64,000 nucleotides of DNA from assembly GCF_024521635.1 (NCBI RefSeq), contig NW_026250403.1, positions 806,001 to 870,000 on the forward strand, read 5' to 3'. Below, in pieces: positions 25,123-37,424 of this stretch (the first letter of the stretch is position 1; every line of letters starts with the position of its first letter). The translations under genes were made by a program, and so were the position numbers. This stretch comes from Tricharina praecox. Taxonomy: Eukaryota. Under the pieces are notes generated by a model. The model searched no databases and was not told the origin of the DNA. It worked only from the letters and a program-made list of their open reading frames with translations.

Positions 25123-26876
25123 ATGGTGAGTACCGTACTCTATTTATTGTCGGTTGTAAACGCTGCACATCCAAGGGCTTGCTTGCAGCTTTTAATTGAA
25201 GGAGAAAAAGAGAAGACATCCCCCGTATATGATATCGAGCCTCTCCCCTCCTTCCCAGCACAAGTCCTAGCCTCAACTCCCAGCGCACAAATCCACACGT
25301 TTAAATACAACCCGCACCCTGCCCAGAAACCAGCTGACATGGCGAAGTCCAGCTTCACGAACATGTTCAACCGCTTGCCGATCTACTCGCGGCCGCCCAA
25401 GGAGCCATGCATCGGCGAGCCGGTATTAACGCACACGTCGAACGAGCAGCTCTCGGGAAAAGTACCGGCGTCGGTCTTTAGACCACCACCTTCACACGAA
25501 TTCGACAACCATCTGGGAATCCTTCCTACCGGACGCATGCCGAGTGTGATGGAGCGGGGACTACCGAGCATTCCAACGTGAGCGACTCTGCATACACCCC
25601 CACCCCGCCGCACCCCTGGCGGCCTCCAGATAGAGGACTGACTGACCGGTGGATGCGCTGCAGGACTTCAAGCTTTGCGGACGAGTTTCGGCCTGCGACT
25701 GGCCCGGCGCCATGGGATGATCCGGATCGCTCGCGCGCGCAACACCCGGATCCGTTGGTATCGCCGCTGCTCAGCGAAGACGCCTGGTCCGCCTCCGGCG
25801 ATGCTCCGCGGAAGAAGAATAAGGTTACCCGAAAACCGGCGCCGATATCGCCAGTGATGGGGCTGGGTATATGGGACGGTTCGGGGACGGTTACCACTAC
25901 GATCACCGCCGGCGGTGGCGGTCACACAGACGACCGTGCGGCCAGCAGCAGCAGCAGAGGAGGAGGAGGAGGAGGAGGAGGAGGCCTCGGTTCGGCCAAT
26001 GCAGGTGCGAGTTCGTCATATAGCAAGGGGGGCATCACGCTGGGGAACCTTGTCAAGGACCGCGTTACTGGTCGGCGCAAGATGTCGCTGCTGAGTCAAG
26101 CGCCGCCATCGGTGACGGTGCAGTCGGATGATGGTGACGGTGATGAAGATGAAACGCTGGTGATTAGACCCAGCCCCGCAGGATTAAATTCCATCGACGA
26201 CTGGCTGGACAGCAGGGAAGGGTTGCATAAAAGGTCCAACACCGTCTCGACTGTTTCCACTCAATACACCCACAACGATTCTTCTTCCCTGAAACTCCAT
26301 CTTCGACAATCGACCTTTCGGCCGTTGCAACCCCCGGCTGAATTCATACCGGAAGAAGAAAAATCCACGATGCCTGTCCCTCCGATCCCCGCCCGCTTCT
26401 ACACCAAACCTGTCGTCGCGGGGCCACCGGTACGAACATCCTCACTCGCGCGGCCAAGCACCTCCCAGAAACCGCCGCACCAGCAGCGCGCATTGCCACC
26501 GGCACCCAGCAGCCGCCCGATCTCGCCACCGATCACCCCCGAACGTAAGCCGCGCGAAGAAGAGCCGCCGCGCGACCACATCGGGCAGCTCGAGTACGAG
26601 CAGGAGCAGCACGAAACCCGCAAGCGTGAGCTGCGCCAGGAAATCTGGGGGATCGAGCAACGGATGAAGGCGGCGACTATGGAGCGAGCGCAGCGCGAGA
26701 AACTCAAGGTGCGCCTCGAGGGTCTGAACCAGGAGTATGCGGACGCTGAAAAACTCCACCATGATCTCGGCCTCAAGCTGTATAGAGCCTACAGACGGAG
26801 AGATAAGCGCGAGGGCGTCGAGGGGCCGACGCATCTTTGGGTTAGCAGAGTTACTGCTCCACATGGAGGTGCCTGA
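25123..26876 (+). CDS. Hypothetical Pro/Ser-rich protein with a C-terminal coiled coil. Start is either an ATG-only coding exon at 25123 (intron 25126-25188) or the ATG at 25339; second intron ~25578-25663
   Basis: Two long ORFs are joined by a GTGAGC..CTGAC..CAG intron. The C-terminal helical block DHIGQLEYEQ...HHDLGLKLYRAYRRRD...PTHLWVSRVT looks conserved. Confidence 0.8.
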
Positions 26877-27440
26877 TAGGCCACCTCAATCCATTCTATC
26901 TGCAAGCAGGCGTGTGCAGTCTATCCATTCCACCATTTCAACATTTCTTTCGTTCTTTCGTTCTTTCTTTCCGCGAATACCCATCAGCACGGAGTCTTCT
27001 TTCTTTCATTTCCTTCTTTCTTCTTGGGAGCCGGTTATATACTTGTACTTTGGATACTTGTGAGCTGTAAACTACAAACTTTGGTGTTTTTTCTTCGTAT
27101 CATACGGTGTTTAGGGCGAGGAGGTGGGATGGAGATGGGGGAAGGTGTTCATTTTCAATTTCTTGGATTTCAGCGTAGAATAATTTATGGATGACGTGCC
27201 ATTGCAGACTGTACTCAGATATCACGCTGCTACTGTACTTGAGCAATCGAATCCATGCCGATGCCGAAACCATTATGATCATTACATGTAACTATCGCCA
27301 GCTCATCTACCACTTCCACTAACTACCATCAAAAACACAAGCCAACAGAAACAACCTCCAAAAGAGCACACACAGTTCTCGTCTATATTTCTTCTTCGCG
27401 CGGACGTCCAACCAACCAACCAACCATTCCCGAAAGCGTC

Positions 27441-28153
27441 TCACCATCCAACAACCCTCTGTCCACCCCCATAGCTCGCGCCACCACTCCCCCCCTCGGC
27501 CATCCATCCTCCCCCAGATGGCTTGAGCGCATCCGCGCCGAGGTACTCAAACAGCCGCCACAGCTTGCGCCGCTTGATGTCCCGCCCCCGCCCCGTGAAC
27601 GAGCTCAGGAGGCCATAGCTTATCAGGATCCGGTCGAGCGTGCTCGCTATCATCACGACGTATTAGCCACCACCACACTCCAGTATACCCTGATAGCCTG
27701 CGGAGGAAGGGGGATATACAATCCATAGCCTCGAACTGATCCCGTGTCAGCGCGATGCTGAAGTCTCTAGGATAACTCCCGTCGTCCTTCATCTTGGGGT
27801 GCACCTGGCTGTACACGGCGCCCGGCGGGATCTTGCGGTTCAGACGGGTGACGAGCGCATGGTTACTGCGGCTTCTTAGCTTCCGGGAAGGGAACGGAAC
27901 GAGAGAATGTGGTGGGGGGAGGGGGAGATGCGTACTTTCGGACGATTTCGTCTAGCGTGGGGGATTGCGTGGATGTTGGGAGGTAGTACTCGCGCTCACG
28001 CTCTCGCTCGCGGTAGGAATGGTGGTGGGAGGTGGAGATGCTGCGGGAGATGGTCGGTCGGTGCACGGCTAGGCTGAGGGAGCGCTCGGTGGAGGGGATG
28101 CAGCAGGATACGTCGTAGTCGTAGTCAAGGTCTTCTCGGTGGTAGGTGGTCAT
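27441..28153 (-). CDS. Hypothetical protein, 3 exons, with a compact C-terminal helical domain (LDRILISYGL...KRRKLWRLFEYLGA)
   Basis: ATG at 28153 (MTTYHRED). Intron 1 (GTACGC..GCTAAG..CAG) gives VRN|NHALVTRLN. Intron 2 (GTATAT..CTAAT..TAG) gives MD|SSTLDRIL. Both phases are consistent. Confidence 0.72.
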
Positions 28154-28537
28154 TGTGAGTGGTTGCTGTGAAGGTAGATGCGTAAAGACTACGGATGTTT
28201 GAGGATCTGGATGGAGATGATTTGTGGGTGACTGAGGATGATGTCTGTTGAAGATGAGAGGATGAGGAGAAGAAGATGCCTGGTTGAGTAGAGGTATGCA
28301 GCTCTTATACCCATCGCCATCTTCCTCAATGAACTCATACATCTCCAGACATAACAAGATAATCTCCTGAGGCGCAGCAGAAACAACAGAAAACAGAAGA
28401 AACAACTCACACCTGAGCTGGGCCTGTAGAAACGAAAGAGGTGCATATAGACCAGGCACTATAGCTAACAATGTAGGCTCCCGTAGGTGCTAAGCCGATG
28501 CCCTGCTGTAGTGCATGGAGACTGCCTCGGACATTGA

Positions 28538-28588
28538 GGTATGATAGATCACCTTGGGGGATGGGGTATGATAGATCACCTTGGGGGA
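28538..28588. repeat. Tandem duplication of GGTATGATAGATCACCTTGGGGGA (24 bp x2, 27-bp period) upstream of the hypothetical gene
   Basis: Seen directly in the sequence. Confidence 0.9.
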
Positions 28589-30772
28589 AGGAACGACGAT
28601 ATTCCATCCAGCGAGAGTGTATGGTGTAGGGTGTAAGCATCAATCGATACCTCTACTCTGCTCCATTTACTCCCATGGATACAAAAGAGCCGATACCAGA
28701 GAGCCGATACCACGATAGCGATATCGAGTTCCAAGAGCACTCCCTCCCTCTATCCAGCCGTTTCGCTTCCTCCCTTCCTTCCTTCCTTCCGTTTCCGTTC
28801 TGGCGAGAGCTCCAAACCCAAGCTCCAAACCCAAGCTCCGATATCCCTCATACAATACAATCTTGCCGCGGCCGCGTTCCAATCGTGACCGTGGCAGCAA
28901 CCAGTATCTGCCAGCACCCACGGTTTCCTGCGTGGAGGAGAAGGAGGAGGGGGAGCACAAGCAGCATCCATCCATCCATCCATCCAGTGCGGCGTGGCCA
29001 GCAAAGAGCTCGCCCCTATAGAGGATGGATGACTGTGAGACTGTGACACCCGACCGTTTGTACCTACATTGTATCGCTCGGTGTATTTCCCCGGACGTCC
29101 TCCCCCTCCCCCCAACGGGTGGCACATGTCTGTGGAAGTGCACCGAAGCTTCTACCCTCCCCTTCCGTAGCTATTTCTATCGAGAAGCAGCAACAACTGC
29201 CGCCATCCGAGCGGCCAACTTCTCCCAGCCACTAGCAGCCAGCAAAACCCGCACGCTCGCTCGTACGCTCGCGGACGCGCACACCGCTGCGTATGTATCT
29301 GGAGCTCCCATCCGCGTTCCGGTCGGTCGCTCCCCTCACGCCTCGTCTGCCCACCGCAGCGGCTCTCCAATAGTAAGTGACGGGCGCACGTTCAGCTGGG
29401 GCGACTCAGCCCTGTGGACCTGGTGGGCTGGTGGCGTGTTGTCGTTTGTTCCCCTCCCCCCCGCCCCGCCAAACCAGCCCTGCTCGACCCTCCAGAGAAC
29501 CGCAAGCACGAATGGCTGCTGGTATGGTACATACGGAACTGGAAGCTGGCGGTGCTCAAGTTAAGGTTTGTCGTTCGTCTTTCTGCGGAGAGGACGTCAT
29601 CGCTACTATAATTACCATTTGTTAGCAGATTTCACTGTCACTGTTACTGGCGACGAGGTGGAGATACATACAGAGTCTTGATAGGATCTATGTACCTTAC
29701 ATGTCATGTTCGACGGATATCTGCGTGAAGCGTGGCCTGAGAGAGGGTGGTGTCTCTAAGGGGGTGAGGTGCGTTTGTAGGTGGTAGGTGGGTGGTGGTA
29801 GGTGGTGGGTGGTGGGCTAGGCGGCGTAAGTGTAGACATCAGTTCTCACTCAGCAACTCACTCGCTCGCGGTGGGCACTGGGATATGCCTTGCACGTGCT
29901 ATTGACGCTTGGAGCCTTGGGAGACGGTGGCGCCCCGACAGATAGACCGTAGGTGGTTAGAGTCCATACCATGTGGGACACGGGGAAAACGGGATCCGGG
30001 AGCACCGTAAATCGCTACCATGGTCGTCCATAGAGTCCCTACCGGCCGGATGCAACGATGAACAGTTTCCAGATTGCTTGGCTTCCGCATACAGAATGTG
30101 TAGGTATGCCAACAGCTATCAACATGGACTGGTGTTCCATTCACCCTGAAACTGCTAGTTGCCCCACCCTAGTCCCAGTGTCGATTACCGGCCTAAGGTC
30201 TTTAAGCATATGTACGACCAAATCGCACCTGGCCGAATAGCCTTCCCAAAAAGCCATGACGACGTGCATCGCCTTCTCGTGTCCGTGGTCACCGTTGCAC
30301 CTACCACCGCTTGCCACGCGCCAACGCCTGCCCAGCAGCCTTCCGCTGATGGATGCCTCGGGTGCACCCATTGAGTCTCACGAGCCACCTAATTGCCGCC
30401 TTATGTGCAACTACACGAGGCATCAAGCCTCCGGATATTTCAATCCGGGCCATACCGTATATATCTCGCGCGGGACAATGACATCATGAGAAATCATCTT
30501 GTTGAGAAATTTGATCAGAAAGACAATTCATTTGTGCGCCATCCATTCGTACCAGTAATTTTCCAGTCCACCTTCAGTCCATCCCCTGCACATGCCCAAT
30601 CCAATCGACAAAGTAGAAGAAGTAAAGACACTATTCCGTAATTCATGAAAAAACAAGAGAAAGAAAAAGCACACAGATAGATGGGCAGCAACAACTAGGT
30701 AGAACAAGTAAGGTAACATGCACCGGCATCACAACAAAAGAAAAACGCGAGGAAACGATTCATTTAGCCCAT

Positions 30773-32867
30773 TTACAACTCCTCCTTCGCGCGGTTAGAA
30801 GCCTGGGTGGCCTTCTCTTTGACGGCATCGGCGGCTACCTGCGCACTCTCGTACGCACGGTCCCCGGCCTTCTGTGCCTGATGGGCACCGAAACCCAATA
30901 GTGAGCCAAGCTTATCTTGCGCGTAACCGATGGTAGCCTGAAACTGTCCCCAGACTCCCTGGTCCTGACTTCCGTACCGGAAGTAGTGAGCATTCCGTCT
31001 AGCCATGGCGATCATCTCGTTGCGGGTGGTTCCCTGGTAGGTGTTGATGTTGTAGGTGTCCAAATAGGCCTTGAGATCGCTGTCGGACCAAGTGTCGAAG
31101 GTAACCTCCTTAGCCGTGTCGGTAGCCTGAGCAAGAGCAGATGTGAGGGATGCGAATGCCTGCTTAGAACCTTCGGTGACGGCTTCAGTACCAGCGGAAG
31201 CAGCGCTCGCAGCGGAGTCGGTGACGACGGAAGAAGCACTAGCAGCAGAGTCGGTAGCTCTGGATGCTGCACTTGCAACGGAGTCGGCAGCAACGGAAGC
31301 GGCACTGCCAGCGGCATCGGTGATCTTGGAGCCGGCAGAATAACCTGACTTAGACGCAGTCTTGGAAGCTTCAGCGGCGGCAGAGACAGCCGACCGAGAC
31401 GCGCTGCTATAGTATTCAGTAGCAGAAGCGTAGAGCTGGTCGCGGGAAGCAGCGGCGTTGTTGGACACCTTCTGGCCGCGAGCCTCCAGCCAAGCGCGCA
31501 GATTCTCCTTGGTCCAGGTATCGAAAGTCCAGGCACCGTATCCGGTTGCGGCCTTGTGCTTGTGCAGCCTAACCTTGGCCAAAAGCTCGTCACGCTTGGA
31601 AGCCTGGGGAACGGGAACTCCACGAGAGTCGAGGTAGGCCTTCAGTCTGGTATCACTCCACTGCTCGATAACCTTGTCGAAGGCAACTTGGCCGTAGTAA
31701 TTCGCAGTGTCGGTAGCCTTGGAAGCCTTGTCGCCCACGACGGAAGTAGCAGCAGACGCAGCGCTGGAGATAGAGGAAGCAGCAGACTCGCCGGAGTAAT
31801 AAGCCTTGTTGCGACGGGCCAAAGCGATGAGCTCATTGCGAGTGGAACCTTGGGGAACCTTGACGTTGTGCGTGTCGAGGAACTCCTTCAGCTTGCTATC
31901 GGACCAGGAGTTGAAAACGGCGTCGGAGACACTCTTCTTTGTAGATTCCTTGTCTTTGGCAGCCTTAACGGAAGCCAAGCGAGAATTGCGACGGACAGCA
32001 GCGATGAGCTTGTCTCGGGAAGAAGGCTGGGGTGCTGGATATCCGTGTTCGTCCAACCAACGCCTGTGCACCACCGCCTGTTAAATTCATGCGTCCTAAG
32101 CATCGACGCGTTTGGGATCCACTTACTTGAGATCACTCTCGCTCCAAGACTCGTAGAGCCAGTTTCCGGGGTAGGCAGAAGTCTCGCCGAGTTTGTCGGC
32201 AACACTCTGATAGTTGTTGCGAGCGGTTGCCAAGAGGGTGTCGCGATTCCGTGGGGTAGGGTTGGGAATTCCGTGGCGGTCCAGGAAGCTCTTGAGCTGA
32301 CTCTCGGTCCATCTGTGTAACAACACGGTCAATCAGTATGACGTCACCCCAACATAACCACAAACACAATTCCAACCAAAGGCAAGGGAAGCTCACGAAT
32401 CGAAGATCCAATCCTTGATGCTACCGAAAGCGCTCTCGGCCGTCTTCTCAGTCTCGTGCCATCCTGCTTTGACCTGCTGCACGAGCCAATTCTTGTCCTC
32501 CTTCTGCTTCTTGTCCACTTCCTTTCCTGCGTCGCTCAGGTAGCTCTGGAGCTGGGGAGCGTCCCAGTTCTTGTAAGAATCGACGATCCGGGTTTGCCAG
32601 TTGTCCTGGACAATCTTCTCGAGATCCTTACGCTCGGCGGGCTTAGGGTAAGGGATGTCGTGGTCGCTCAGCCAACGCTCAAGTTCTGTCTCGTGCCATT
32701 TGTTGTATGCTGTGCAACGTCAGTATCAATCAATCACGTCAAGACACCGTATTGCTCTTTCTCTTTCGACGGTGAATGAAGGGGAGCTTACTGGTCTTGC
32801 CGAAGCCCCACGACGCCGCGGCCTGGCCAGCAACCGCCGCTATGAGCAGCAGATTGGACAACTTCAT
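30773..32867 (-). CDS. ISH1: Stress-responsive nuclear-envelope/ER protein Ish1/Msc1, 4 exons
   Basis: Signal peptide MKLSNLLLIAAVAGQAAASW, followed by multiple Ish1 repeats (WHETELERWLSDHDIPYP, WTESQLKSFLDRHGIP, WSDSKLKEFLDTHNVKVP, WSDTRLKAYLDSRGVPVP). It ends in the ER-retention-like KEEL. Confidence 0.92.
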
Positions 32868-33605
32868 GGTGATTGTTTTGTGTTATGTAGGAGTGAATTG
32901 CAATGTATCACAATTACTCGGAGGTGGTGATTGTGTCGTGTGGGTTGGGGAGAGGGAGGGAGGAAGAAGGAGGAAGGGACGAGAGATGGAGAGGGGGATT
33001 ATGATGTAGAAGTAGGAGACGGTTTGTTCTTGGGCTGAAGGAAATTTATGTAGCTTTGGATTAACAGGTATGACGGAGCTTGCATTCAACGGGGCGTGAC
33101 GTTCCTTGGAGCCTAGGAGTGGCAGCCGGGTGGTTGGTGGATTGTTGCGTGTCTGGTCCTTTTCCGTCGATCACTTATGATGTAATGAAGCGTCATGTTC
33201 CATGAAGTCGCTTTCAGTCACCACGGCTTGACACGTGACGAGCGCCGGACGGTACAGACGTCCGTCCGTCAACGGGCGGGAAGTGGAAATTTCGAGATTG
33301 GGCATCCCAGCTTCTCCATGATTGCTCGGACACGGTGGGGAAATTTTGTGGGGCAACGTATTTACGTTGCAGCTATAATATACAGAACAAGCGGCCGCAA
33401 ATAGACAACAGATCAAAAACTCGCAATCAGAACCTATACATCACATGTACATACAGCATACAGCTCAAAAACCCCCTCAAGAAACCGAGCCCTTCGTTCC
33501 CTCGCAGTCAAAGCCACCTTCACGGACCCCTCTCACGGCCTCCGCCCGTACCTGCCAATTGTTAGCAGCTATCGCAATCGCAATCGACACCGAGCAATCG
33601 GCCAG

Positions 33606-34067
33606 TCAGCCGCGCTTACCTTTCCAGAACCCCTTATCGACCTTATCGTTCTTCCCGTCCTTCTCGTGGTCGTACCTCTGATCCATCTCTCGATTGTGCT
33701 TCTTTGTCCCCTCAGACTCTTTCGCCTTAGTCTGGGAATCGTCGAGAATCTTCGGCTGCGGGTGGTGGTGCTTGTCGCCCTTCCCATCGCCACCCGCCGA
33801 CGCCGCAGCGTGCGTCTCGCCGTCGGGCTTCCCTCCCGTCTCGTCGTACCCGCCAGTGCCCGTGCCGCGCCCTTCCTTGACAGGCTCGCGCCCTGGGTGC
33901 TCGGCCTCAGAGGTCGCGCGCGATTGTCCCTCGAGGTCCACGCCGAAGCCGGTTTGCTCGGGGTCGCCGTAGCCCGACACCGCAGTGTGGTTTCTTGTTT
34001 GCGCTGTCGCTGCTGTAACGGCCAGGCTGCGTCGGAGGAGAAGGAGGCGGGTGGTTGAGGAGAGCAT
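33606..34067 (-). CDS. Small hydrophilic (hydrophilin/LEA-like) protein with a probable mitochondrial presequence, 153 aa
   Basis: Arg/Ser/Leu-rich N-terminus with no acidic residues (MLSSTTRLLLLRRSLAVTAATAQTR), then a Gly/charged body ending HNREMDQRYD...DKVDKGFWKG. Coding-like GC3 bias. Confidence 0.75.
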   Translation of the reverse strand: MLSSTTRLLLLRRSLAVTAATAQTRNHTAVSGYGDPEQTGFGVDLEGQSRATSEAEHPGREPVKEGRGTGTGGYDETGGKPDGETHAAASAGGDGKGDKHHHPQPKILDDSQTKAKESEGTKKHNREMDQRYDHEKDGKNDKVDKGFWKGKRG

Positions 34068-37000
34068 GTTTTTTTCTTGATCTTGATCTTGTCTTTCAAT
34101 TCTTTGTGAGTGCGATTGTGTTTTTTTTCTTTCCGATTGAAGTGTGACAGGAATCGAATGTGAAAAAAAAGAGAGGGGAGAAAAGGGGTTAAACAAAGAA
34201 CCCGTCCCTCCCCACTGATCATTTCGCAGCGTAATGGCTACGTTTTTGGGCCCCTACCTTGGATTATTCATGAGGTTTCCACTCGGAAGTGGGTTGGTGA
34301 TGTCACCACTGTCGAGCGAATCGGGACGCTAACTGATAGCTAATTCTAGGCGAGCAAGAGTCCGGCTAGCGTGTCTATCCATGCAAGCCACTACGGAGAT
34401 CGGCTGTGCATAATCGAAGGCCGAGATCGGCACATGAGATGTCACTCTGCCGTGTGGTCAGGAGGCGGTGATCAAGATGGGAGGTCGCTCTGAGCTGGGT
34501 CTTTGTACCGAGTTAACTACCTAGACTGTAGTTACGACTAGTTGTACCGTGTCATAATCTTGATAGGTCAAATACCAGTACACTACGACGAAACAAAAAA
34601 AGGATCATTCCAAGCTTGGATTCAATCAGCTTGCATCTCGAATGGGTCCTCCCAGATTCCAGTTCCATATACCTAGCCTAGTACGAGTAACGCCTAAACC
34701 ACCCACTAGTACCTAGTTCAAGTATCTGATTGATATCGTCCACTACGTAGATCACTCGGTCGGCAGCTTGGAAGTTGGAGCCTTGGAGCCTCATTTCACA
34801 TCCGGGCAGAGCACCTTCGCTCACGGCAAATGGAGAGCAGAATGGAGCCGATAGGACTTCATCCTTAAAACGGGCAAATCGATGGACGGCATCAATTGCG
34901 ACTCACGAAAACTCGCTCTAGATTCTATTGAACTTGCATACTTCACCTGTTGCCGATGAAGTCCAAGGCTACTCTTGAGTCTGGTGATTCAAGATGCCGC
35001 GCTGTTCTGTAACCACCAGGCCATCCCATTCGCAGTCTTTCCTGAGCCAGCTCGTAATCCACAGCACAAAGCCCCCAGCAGCAGAGCATGTCAATTCCTC
35101 CAGGCTCCAGGCTCCAAGCTCCGTATCTACTCGTACCGAGACCAGAAATACAAAAGCCCTCCAAGTGATCCACTGATCCTCCCAGACCGTGAAAGCTCAG
35201 GCTTGCATTCCCCTCCAGCTCCCCTTCCCAAGCACGAAAAACAGCACCAGCCACAGCCACAGCCCCGGCCCCAGCTCGAAGCCGAAGCTGAAATCGAAGC
35301 CGATGGATTCCCGCTCAGCGACCACAGCCGCCCAGTCGCAACCGCACCCGCCAAATACCTAGTGGCCGCCGAGTAACTACGGTAGCCGACAGACGCGCGG
35401 AACACCCACCCGCACACCCACCCGCCCTGGAGCCCACGCATCGCATGTAGAGTAGAGTACATACGGTATCGACGTCGAAGCATGTCCTCTCACGCGCATG
35501 CGCATGTGGATGCGGATATAACGGGCAGTAACGGGCAGTAACGGCCGAGCCCATCCCCTCACCAAAGCTCGATATCGTCATAGAAGCCTGCAGTCATTAG
35601 TTGCCCACCTTACAGTTACACGCAGTCTCCTTCGTATAGGCAGTCTCCTTCGTATAGCACACGCTCACTCATCGCCGTCAGCCCCGCCCCGCCAGAGCCA
35701 CTCACCCCGCCAGAGCCCCGCCTTCGATATTGGCCTTGGCCTTTGCCTCTTCGGCCGTCCCTTCATACGTACTAGTAGCTGCAGCCTCCCGTGCGGCCGT
35801 GCCCCGCTATCCAAAGTGCCTGTGCCTTTGCCCGTGTGAGTGCATGTGGAAAGAAAAGAAAGTAAGAAAAAACAATATCAGCACGAGCAAACAAACAAAA
35901 CAAAAACAACAACAAAACAAAAGCCTCAGGGATCGATGATCGATGACCTCAGTGCCCGGGTAGAGACCGATGTATGTACCTAGGCAAGTCGGTAAGTACT
36001 AGTAGGCATGTACGCAGGCACCGAACGGCCAACGATAGAGTCAAAGATTGGAACTGCCAGTTCACTACTTCAGATGTACCCGATATCGATGTAGCCCGCG
36101 AGATATCGATGCAGTACAGCAGATATCCATACCTATGGTACCGGTAGTCCAGTAGCCCAGTACCCACCTACCAAACCAACAGCGCATCTGTCAGTGTTTC
36201 GTATCTAGCCAGCCTGGGTAGGAGAGGTCGATGAAAACAACGATACAGTACCTGTCGAGATTCGATACAGTACATCTACAGTACATGTACCTCTGCAGTA
36301 TGATACATACAAATCATACATCGCCGCCAGCAAACACCATGTACTCAATCGAATCTCAATCATCTCAATCGAATCTCGTCTGTCCGGCGCTGCGGCGGCG
36401 GGCGGGCGACCCGATAAACAAGTGCGCAGGGTTTAACTAGGCCCGATAAACAAAATCCGTGCTAACGGCGCCACCGCCCCTCCCACCGCCCCTCCCACCC
36501 CGCTTCGCAATATATGTAGCAATATACCGGTACTTGGTAGTCAACGCCACAGAATTCGCGACGAGGATAATACATAATCAACGCCACCCACAACCCTCCC
36601 GAACATCATCAACATCCGAACCCGCCGGCCGAAAACCGCCGGATCGTGCAGTGCAGTGCATCAACGTACCTAGAGTACATCACACCCAAACAACTAGAAG
36701 AAAAAAAACCACCTTCCCGAATCCACCACAGTTGCAGACATACAGACTTGCAGACTTGCAGACTTGCAGTACATAATCCTCGCAGCTCGTATCAAAACTC
36801 AAATAAACAACGAGAAAAAATCTTCCGCATGTTTCTGCCCCGCCCCAAGGCGGTTGAAGGTCGAAGGTCTGGCCAGCCAGGCAGAAGAATGCCCCGGTTC
36901 TTGCCTTCTTTTGTGTGCTTTTCTTTTTGTTCATGGTTTTCCAGGATGTGGTTTTCGATGCCCCCTCCCCCAAGTCATATGTGTATAGGCATGTATTGAT

Positions 37001-37424
37001 ATGTGATCCAGCAGCAAGTAACTTTTGATATTGGTAAATAAGTACTTCGTAGAAGATGCATATGAAGAGAAGAGGTAGATGTCCAGCCAACCAGCCAGCC
37101 ACTGCAGCCAGCTCAAGGCATGACTCAAGTAAAAAGTAAAAGTAACACTGAATCGTCATGCAGTAGAGGTCAGTAGAATCGAATAGAGAGAAGTCATAGC
37201 TTCGTAATCGTAAGTCCCATAAAGCCAGCAGAAAATTCGAAAGATGAAGAAGAAGAAGAAAGCAGAAAAAGCAGAAAACACCGTAAAAGCACCCCAAGAC
37301 ACCCAAAAGGAAACCCACTACTCCTCATCGCACCCAAGAAAAAGAATCGCCCACAAAGGGAATATATATGAAACCTCAGCCACGGAGAAGGTTCTGACGA
37401 TAAAGAAAGACAAGAGAGAGGAGA

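Noticed and set aside
27863-27865. Apparent premature TAA in the 28153 gene (possible pseudogene or stop-codon editing)
   Set aside because: An intron (GTACGC..GCTAAG..CAG) ends immediately before it, and the spliced frame reads AA|T AAC CAT without a stop.
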